A DNA stretch of 59,103 nucleotides, from the NCBI GenBank assembly GCA_964582365.1, contig CAZOQV010000003.1:1-59103 (forward strand), read 5' to 3'. Source of the stretch: an uncultured Gammaproteobacteria bacterium (GTDB lineage: Bacteria > Patescibacteriota > Microgenomatia > UBA12405). The notes beneath the pieces were generated by a model. That model was not told where the DNA came from and searched no databases. It saw only the letters and a list, made by a program, of their open reading frames with translations. The position numbers were made by a program, and so were the translations under genes. Of this stretch, positions 53,048-59,103 are shown in pieces. Numbering within the stretch: position 1 is the stretch's first letter; each line of letters starts with the position of its first letter.

Positions 53048-55540
53048 TTAAAAATCTCTTAACAACCACATCTTAAAATCATTCTTATTGTAGGCTTTAA
53101 TCAAAACTTCATTTCCATAATTAAGTGCCGCAAAGTTATTGGCACAAACATTTGAATAATCTTTTTGACCTATCTTTTCTTTATTATTTTCTATCAGCAA
53201 ATCCATTTTTTGATAACTTATAGCCGCTTCTTCATTGATTTTTAGATTCTTTTTATTTTTAAAATAAATTAAGTTTTTAATTAAATTCTGATAATTATCA
53301 ACCATTCTAACTCCCATAACTGCCTCATTTTTAGAACACTTATTTATTAACGACAACCAAATTGTCGAATTATCAATAATTTTTTCACTTATCAATCTTT
53401 CATCTTTTTTATCTCTAAAAGAAAAAATATTTATCATCAAACTTTTAGGCTGATTTTTTTCTAAATTTTTTAATGCTTCTTTTAGATACTTATTATTTTT
53501 ATTTGAAGACAATAAAGAATTTATATCTGTTTTAATTATTGATTTCAAAAACGAAATATTATTTTTATCATTAATAATTTGTCCATCAGATGGATTAATT
53601 TTAATTTTATTACTTTCACTATTTACCACCTTTTTCTCCCAATAAGACCAGTCATTATCACTAGTATTTCCAGCCACTATATGAGCAATTCCATTTCCAG
53701 TTCCCACCAAATTAATAATACAAGATTTATAATTTTTATTTTTTATCACCACAAATCCATCAATACCATCAACAGGGGATTCATTATCACATTTAACCGA
53801 ATAATTCATTGATGATCCAACAAAAACTACTAAACTATCATTCAAATCTTGAGTTTCACTAACTACATCAACTTGGCTTAATCCAATTTCCAACATCACT
53901 TTATTAACTGTTTTATCAACTATTTCACTATGGTTACTTTCAACATTAACAAAATCACTTTTTGCATAATTTGCACTTTTAACTAAAACAGTACCATCTC
54001 CACTTGTTGAATATAAAAATTTATTTATTCTTCCGTCTGGCCAAATTCCTAAAACTTTATCAAAAATATTATTATCTTTCAATTCAACAGAATCTTCTGT
54101 TTTAAAACCATTTCCGCTAAATAATTTTAAAAACATAGTAGATCCAACACTTTCGTTATTTTTATTTTCCAAAAAAGTATTCTTTGTCTCCAATTTATCA
54201 TTGGTCAGATTAATTCCATTTTTTTTAACGAAATTAAAAGTTGGCAATAAATCTTTAACTAAAGGAGTATATTTTCTCACCGCTTCCATATCTGTTTTAG
54301 TAGTCAATCCTTGAATCTTTAATAAAACTTTAAAAGCAATTGAACTAATTTTAGACAAATCAGAAATTTGCCCACCATTCCAAATTTCATAAGTCTCCAC
54401 TGATCCAAGATGTGGGCTACCTAAAGTAATAACTTTTCCTAATCTTGAGTCATTTTTATTATTCTCAGCCCAAATTCTAGCCGTCAACCCACCAAGGCTA
54501 TGACCCACCAAAATAACTTTTTCATTTTGGTCAACATTTTGATTAATAAAACCATTTAAATCATTAATAATTTCAACTAAAGGTTTTCTCCAGTCATAAT
54601 TCCAAACATAAAAATCTTCTTTTTCAACTAAACCGTTTTGTTTTAAAGCGTTTATTAAACTATTATAATTTTTAACAAAAGGCGTCATTTTCCACTGATC
54701 ATTACCAATAACTATTCCAGAAACAATCGCTTCCGAGTTCCAGCTCGCCCCAAGACCAGGAAGAATAATTATTTTCACCTTCGGTGCCGGAATTGGTGTT
54801 GGGGTAGAAGTAGGTATTGGAGTTGAAGTCGGTACTGGAGTAGACGTTGGAACAGTATAGTCAAAATCACCAACAATTAAATTATCAAATAAATTAATAG
54901 TCGGACGTTTATTATAATTACCACCCCAATTATAAAAACCAAAACTTCCAGTTAGTAAAGGATTATCATTGTCATCAAAATTAATTATCAAAATTGAATC
55001 AAAATATATCTTTATATTAAAATCGCTGACTTCAATTTTAATATTATGAATTTCATCTTGTGTTAAATTAATCTGACTTAAATCATTAAAACTAGTTAAG
55101 TATTTATAATTTCCACAATTAAGACTATTGCATCTCCACAGAACAATTTCACCTTGATTATCTTGTGGCCAATCTGGATCTCTAAATCTTATGTTTAACA
55201 TATAATAACTATTCATATCTTCAGAGATCCTAAATATAATATCCTGATCAACACCTCCTTTATTTTGAGTATCAACTCTGAGAGAATAGTTCGACAAATT
55301 TGAAAAGTTTTTCGCAAGTAATAAAGAATATTCACCATTAACAACCTCACCTTTAAGTTCTTCATCAACAACTTCCCAACTTTTTTGGGTTGAGTTATCT
55401 ACATTAACAAAAGTCCAATTGTCTAAATTACCTTGAGTAAAATCATCAGAAAAATAAATAACTCCATAAACATCTTTTGTATTAAATACAAATGATAAAA
55501 TTAAGAAGAAAAATATAAATATTTTTGTTTTAATATACAC
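53048..55540 (-). CDS. secreted multidomain protein: LamG/concanavalin-like domain, Pro/Thr linker, LCAT/PGAP1-like alpha/beta-hydrolase (lipase) domain, and a long C-terminal region
   Basis: Signal peptide; linker TVPTSTPVPTSTPIPTSTPTPIPAP; IIILPGLGASWN, the YDWR motif and the nucleophile elbow GHSLGG. GTG start. Confidence 0.65.
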   Translation of the reverse strand: MYIKTKIFIFFFLILSFVFNTKDVYGVIYFSDDFTQGNLDNWTFVNVDNSTQKSWEVVDEELKGEVVNGEYSLLLAKNFSNLSNYSLRVDTQNKGGVDQDIIFRISEDMNSYYMLNIRFRDPDWPQDNQGEIVLWRCNSLNCGNYKYLTSFNDLSQINLTQDEIHNIKIEVSDFNIKIYFDSILIINFDDNDNPLLTGSFGFYNWGGNYNKRPTINLFDNLIVGDFDYTVPTSTPVPTSTPIPTSTPTPIPAPKVKIIILPGLGASWNSEAIVSGIVIGNDQWKMTPFVKNYNSLINALKQNGLVEKEDFYVWNYDWRKPLVEIINDLNGFINQNVDQNEKVILVGHSLGGLTARIWAENNKNDSRLGKVITLGSPHLGSVETYEIWNGGQISDLSKISSIAFKVLLKIQGLTTKTDMEAVRKYTPLVKDLLPTFNFVKKNGINLTNDKLETKNTFLENKNNESVGSTMFLKLFSGNGFKTEDSVELKDNNIFDKVLGIWPDGRINKFLYSTSGDGTVLVKSANYAKSDFVNVESNHSEIVDKTVNKVMLEIGLSQVDVVSETQDLNDSLVVFVGSSMNYSVKCDNESPVDGIDGFVVIKNKNYKSCIINLVGTGNGIAHIVAGNTSDNDWSYWEKKVVNSESNKIKINPSDGQIINDKNNISFLKSIIKTDINSLLSSNKNNKYLKEALKNLEKNQPKSLMINIFSFRDKKDERLISEKIIDNSTIWLSLINKCSKNEAVMGVRMVDNYQNLIKNLIYFKNKKNLKINEEAAISYQKMDLLIENNKEKIGQKDYSNVCANNFAALNYGNEVLIKAYNKNDFKMWLLRDF

Positions 55541-55567
55541 AATATAAATGTAAATTAATCAATATAA

Positions 55568-56428
55568 ATGTCAATAGTTAAAAAAATATCATTAATAATA
55601 GTCAACTATAATTCTTCTAAAAATACTAATGATTTATTATTGTCGGTTAAAAAATATATTTATAAAAAAATCGACGAAGTCATAATTATCGATAATAATT
55701 CTAAAGATGTTAAAGATTTGATTGTTAACGATCCAAAAATAAAATTAATTAAAAATAATAAAAACTATGGATTTGCCAAAGCTGTTAATCAAGGAATAGA
55801 CAAATCAAAAAACGATTTTATTTTTTTACTAAACCCAGATACTATTATCATTAATAATTCAATTTTAAAAACTATTGAATTAGTAATAAATGATAAAAAT
55901 ATTGGTGTAATAGGCGGAAAAATAAAATACGAATATAAAAAAATATTTACAGCAAACAACACACCAACATTCTTAACCGGTCTTTTTGAATTCACTAACC
56001 TAAAAAAAATGTTACCAAATAATAAATACACTCTAGATTTTTGGCCAGAAAAAAATCAAAAAATAACACAATCACTTGAAGTTTCGGGGATTTGTGGTGC
56101 CTATATGATTTTTAGAAAATACGATAAAATAGGCAATAAAAATTACTTTGATGAAAATTATTTCTTATATTTAGAAGATTTAGATTTTTGTTTAAGTATA
56201 AAATCCAAAGGTTTTAAGGTTATCTTTGATCCAAGATCAGAAATATTTCATATAGGCGGAGCTAGTAGTGATAATAAATATCATATGTCTCTAAATTATT
56301 GGTATAAATCCAGAAAAATATTTTTTAAAAAACATTTAAATAAGGTTGAAGGTATAATATTAAATATAATATTTACAACAGAAGAACTATTTCTAAAAGC
56401 ACGACTTTTAATTAAAAATCATGATTAA
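55568..56428 (+). CDS. glycosyltransferase family 2
   Basis: ISLIIVNYNS, IIIDNNSKD, NYGFAKAVNQG, FLYLEDLDF. Confidence 0.85.
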   Translation: MSIVKKISLIIVNYNSSKNTNDLLLSVKKYIYKKIDEVIIIDNNSKDVKDLIVNDPKIKLIKNNKNYGFAKAVNQGIDKSKNDFIFLLNPDTIIINNSILKTIELVINDKNIGVIGGKIKYEYKKIFTANNTPTFLTGLFEFTNLKKMLPNNKYTLDFWPEKNQKITQSLEVSGICGAYMIFRKYDKIGNKNYFDENYFLYLEDLDFCLSIKSKGFKVIFDPRSEIFHIGGASSDNKYHMSLNYWYKSRKIFFKKHLNKVEGIILNIIFTTEELFLKARLLIKNHD

Positions 56429-57194
56429 ACACCGACACATCTCCATTCTCCTTCTCACCCACAACGAAGAATTAAACCTTCAAAAAAACTGGAACTGGCT
56501 TGACAAAGCCAAAAGAATTAATGAAATTATTGTTATTGACGATAACTCTGACGATGAAACCATTGAAATATTAAAGAAACTCGAAACAAAAAGAATTAAG
56601 GTCAAAATTTTTGAAAGGGGATTATTCAATAATTTTGCCGAACAACGCAATTTTGGTATTACCAAAACCACCAATAATTGGATTCTTTGGCTGGACGCCG
56701 ACGAAAAACCAAGCAACAATTTAATCCGATTTTTAAATCATATCGATAATCTTGAATATAAAAATTATGCCTTTAAAAGAAAAGATGTTTTCATTAATCA
56801 TGAATTAAATCACGGCGAAAACGCCAATCAATACTTTTTAAGATTTTTTAATAAAAGACACGGTTGCTTTACTGGTGCTGTTCATGAAATCTGGCAAACT
56901 TCAAAAGAAGTTAAATCCAAAAAAATTCACATTCACCATTATTCTCACCAATCATTAAAATCTTTTATCAAAAAAATAAATTTTTATTCAGATATTCGGG
57001 CTCAAGAATTGTACGATCAAAATCAAAAAAGCAGTTTATTTCAAATAATTTTTTATCCACTAGGCAAATTTATTCAAGATTATTTCTTTAAACTTGGATT
57101 TTTAGATGGAACTCCGGGAATTATTATGGCTTTAGGTATGAGTTTTCATTCATTTTTAGTTCGAGCTAAATTATGGCAATTGTCACACCAATAA
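56421..57194 (+). CDS. glycosyltransferase family 2 (WaaE/KdtX-like short form)
   Basis: ISILLLTHNEE, IVIDDNSDDET, NFAEQRNFG, ILWLDADE. Confidence 0.8.
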   Translation: MIKHRHISILLLTHNEELNLQKNWNWLDKAKRINEIIVIDDNSDDETIEILKKLETKRIKVKIFERGLFNNFAEQRNFGITKTTNNWILWLDADEKPSNNLIRFLNHIDNLEYKNYAFKRKDVFINHELNHGENANQYFLRFFNKRHGCFTGAVHEIWQTSKEVKSKKIHIHHYSHQSLKSFIKKINFYSDIRAQELYDQNQKSSLFQIIFYPLGKFIQDYFFKLGFLDGTPGIIMALGMSFHSFLVRAKLWQLSHQ

Positions 57195-58249
57195 TTTATT
57201 TATCAACCATAATTGTCTTCTTTTTTGGTCAATTATTAAGAATTGAACTAAAAGGTTTCTCTTTTCCTTTAATCGATATCTTTATTTTCGCCATTTTTTG
57301 CTTAAATATTTTTCAAAAAATAAAAACCAAAAATTTTAATATTAAAAATAAATATTTATTATATTTTTTAATCTTCGCTTGGCTTAATCTTATTTTTAAT
57401 TTTTTTAGATATGATTTTGATCTAATCAAACCCCTTTTGTATCTATTCAGGCTAACATTCTTACTCTCATTTTTTATTTTTCCACCAAAAATAGATGAAA
57501 AATTCAAAAAGTTTTTTTATTTAATTATTTTCAGTAATATCATTTTCGGACTAATTCAATACTTTTTTTGGCCTGATTTCACTAGTTTTAAATCTTTAAA
57601 TTGGGACCCACATTTATATCGACTAGTTAGTACTTTTTTTGATCCAACTTTCACCGCCTTAATTTATTTATTTTTAATTATTATTGTTTTTTTAGATGAA
57701 AAAATTCCTTTTAGGAAAACTATTTTATTTATCTCTTATTTAGCTATGGCTTTAACTTACAGCCGTTCCAGTTACATTTCTTTTTTAGCCGCCTTTACTT
57801 TTATTTCCTATTCAAAAAAGAATCTAAAAATTTTCATAATTAGTTTTGTTTTAATTTTATCAACCATCTTTTTCTTACCTCGTTTTGAAGGTGAGGGGAC
57901 TAAACTAGAAAGAACTTCCTCTATTTCGGCCAAAAGAGAAAATTATAAAGAAGGATTTAATTTATTTTTAAAAGCTCCCATCATTGGCCACGGCTACAAT
58001 AATCTTTTTCATGTTCGCCAAATTAATAATTCAGACTCTCATGCCAATTCGGGCTTTGATGGCTCGCTAATGACTATTCTGACGACCACAGGAGTTATTG
58101 GTTTAATTCTTTTCATTCTAGGTCTTAAAAACATATTCATTCAAGGTGATTTGATAACCAAAACAGTTCTTATTTCTACTTTAATTCATTCTCTCTTTGC
58201 TAATTCTCTTTTATATCCTTGGATATTACTTTTTTTTATTTTTCTTTAG
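57173..58249 (+). CDS. O-antigen ligase-like membrane protein
   Basis: About 10 TM segments. Wzy_C-like LTYSRSSYISFLAAF. The stop codon lies in a TTRGAAA array. Confidence 0.6.
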   Translation: MAIVTPIIYLSTIIVFFFGQLLRIELKGFSFPLIDIFIFAIFCLNIFQKIKTKNFNIKNKYLLYFLIFAWLNLIFNFFRYDFDLIKPLLYLFRLTFLLSFFIFPPKIDEKFKKFFYLIIFSNIIFGLIQYFFWPDFTSFKSLNWDPHLYRLVSTFFDPTFTALIYLFLIIIVFLDEKIPFRKTILFISYLAMALTYSRSSYISFLAAFTFISYSKKNLKIFIISFVLILSTIFFLPRFEGEGTKLERTSSISAKRENYKEGFNLFLKAPIIGHGYNNLFHVRQINNSDSHANSGFDGSLMTILTTTGVIGLILFILGLKNIFIQGDLITKTVLISTLIHSLFANSLLYPWILLFFIFL

Positions 58250-58273
58250 AAATTGAAAATTAGAAATTTGGAT
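58246..58273 (+). repeat. TTRGAAA heptamer array (4 units) containing the stop codon of the O-antigen-ligase-like gene
   Basis: Units TTAGAAA TTGAAAA TTAGAAA TTTGGAT. TAG at 58247-58249. Confidence 0.85.
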
Positions 58274-58279
58274 TTATTC

Positions 58280-58996
58280 TTAAATATCGTAAGTAATTGA
58301 GATTGTCTTTTTTGTTTCATTTAAAGCCTCATCTTTTACAATCACTTCAATATTATTCTTACCAGGACTTAACTGTATTTTTAATTTAAAATTACCCTCA
58401 CTATCAACTACCGCCACTTTGCCATTAATTGTCACACTAACTCCTTTTTCGCTTTTCCCGATAATATCAAAATCAGCCGATTCAACTGTTAATGCCTCCT
58501 CACTTGGATTAGACATTGTCAATTCTGGAGAAACAGTATCGTAAATGACCAAAGCTATTTTGGAAACATCACTAGTTCCACTATTTTCTTTAGTGGCTAT
58601 AGCCGAAAAATTGTTTTCACCATCATTCAATTCAATGTTTGTAAATGAAAAATTTCCATCTACTGTCACTTCAGTTTTACCAATTGATTGTTCGTTTTTA
58701 AGTAATTCCACTTCTGCCCCAGACTCAGCAAAACCGTCAATTTTGATTTTACTACTGCTAGTAGCTTCGAACGGCACTATTAATCTTGGGGCTAAAGGAG
58801 GAACTATGTTTTCATTCGTAGTATCTTTTTTACTTTTACTATTACCCAACATAATAGAAAACTTAATTAAAAGAGGCAAACCAAAAACAACAATCAATAC
58901 AAAAACAAGAACAGTTAAAAAACCCATCAAAACGGTCTTTTTAGTTATTTGTTCATCTTTTTTTCTTTCTAACCTTGATCTTTTAAATTCTGGCAT
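58280..58996 (-). CDS. membrane-anchored protein with Ig-like beta-sandwich repeats
   Basis: A charged N-terminus and one TM segment, then two similar about 70-aa segments (I.G.A..GA.VEL..N.....T.V...G.F; I.GK.EKGVSVTINGK.A.VDSEGNF). Confidence 0.4.
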   Translation of the reverse strand: MPEFKRSRLERKKDEQITKKTVLMGFLTVLVFVLIVVFGLPLLIKFSIMLGNSKSKKDTTNENIVPPLAPRLIVPFEATSSSKIKIDGFAESGAEVELLKNEQSIGKTEVTVDGNFSFTNIELNDGENNFSAIATKENSGTSDVSKIALVIYDTVSPELTMSNPSEEALTVESADFDIIGKSEKGVSVTINGKVAVVDSEGNFKLKIQLSPGKNNIEVIVKDEALNETKKTISITYDI

Positions 58997-59018
58997 ACAT
59001 TCCTGTATTATACATTAA

Positions 59019-59046
59019 TTTCTAAATCAAAATTCCTAATCTCTAA
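59019..59046 (-). repeat. TTRGAAA heptamer array in inverted orientation, between tRNA-Thr and the minus-strand gene
   Basis: The plus strand reads TTTCTAA ATCAAAA TTCCTAA TCTCTAA. The reverse complement reads TTAGAGA TTAGGAA TTTTGAT TTAGAAA, so it is co-oriented with the minus-strand genes around it. Confidence 0.8.
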
Positions 59047-59051
59047 CTAAG

Positions 59052-59103
59052 AGCCGAAGGGGAGAGTCGAACTCCCGACCCCAGCTTTACGAAAGCTATG
59101 CTC
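59052..59103 (-). tRNA. tRNA-Thr (anticodon CGU), 3' two-thirds; the 5' end lies beyond the window
   Basis: Reverse complement: ...TAGCT-TTCGTAA-AGCTG GGGTC GGGAG-TTCGACT-CTCCC CTTCGGC-T. Canonical T loop, anticodon loop U33-CGU-A37. No encoded CCA. Confidence 0.75.

Noticed and set aside
1-59103. Classical mobile elements or defence islands (transposase, integrase, restriction-modification, toxin-antitoxin pairs, prophage genes).
   Set aside because: No ORF shows DDE/HUH transposase, tyrosine/serine recombinase, methyltransferase-endonuclease or phage structural motifs. The only candidate toxin-like gene is the autoinhibited Fic, which has no adjacent antitoxin ORF.

Overview
This is a strongly AT-rich, very gene-dense bacterial window with about 60 genes. 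Many genes overlap by 1-20 nt. The standard code applies, since TGA, TAA and TAG all act as stops at sensible gene ends. The gene content suggests a Candidate Phyla Radiation / Patescibacteria (Microgenomates-like) chromosome segment; this is inference. Supporting signs are an IVS-type four-helix-bundle gene, a DUF4012 protein, a reduced dcw cluster and almost no Shine-Dalgarno motifs.

Layout:
- 1-3.7 kb: LtaS-like sulfatase and ugd.
- 3.7-10.5 kb, minus strand: Nramp-like transporter, membrane protein, Wzx-like flippase, galE, four-helix-bundle cassette, metK behind a SAM-I-clan riboswitch, and a UPF0104-like membrane protein.
- 10.5-28 kb: one co-directional surface-glycan cluster with 9 GT4/GT2 glycosyltransferases, an acetyltransferase, a Wzy/O-antigen-ligase-like protein, manC, a priming sugar transferase and DUF4012. 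A Fic gene is embedded in it.
- 28-30.7 kb: recO, glyQS and a lipoprotein.
- 30.7-46.9 kb: a dcw cell-wall/division cluster (rsmH, ftsL-like, ftsI, murE, ATE/Bpt-like, murC/mpl, murA, mraY, ftsW, murG, ftsA, ftsZ). It is interrupted by a module of NlpC/P60, a LysW-like zinc ribbon, a PLP enzyme and an ATP-grasp enzyme.
- 46.9-59.1 kb: ileS, rodA, rplU, rpmA, parB, lepB, tRNA-Val, an LCAT-like lipase, two GT2 genes, a second O-antigen-ligase-like gene and a partial tRNA-Thr.

The most unusual signals are several families of short tandem repeats. Two are heptamers, TTRGAAA and ATCTACG. They sit in-frame inside genes (including ileS and many glycosyltransferases), supply stop and start codons, and fill intergenic spacers. 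The second notable signal is the amino-group-carrier-like module wired by overlapping codons into the dcw operon.
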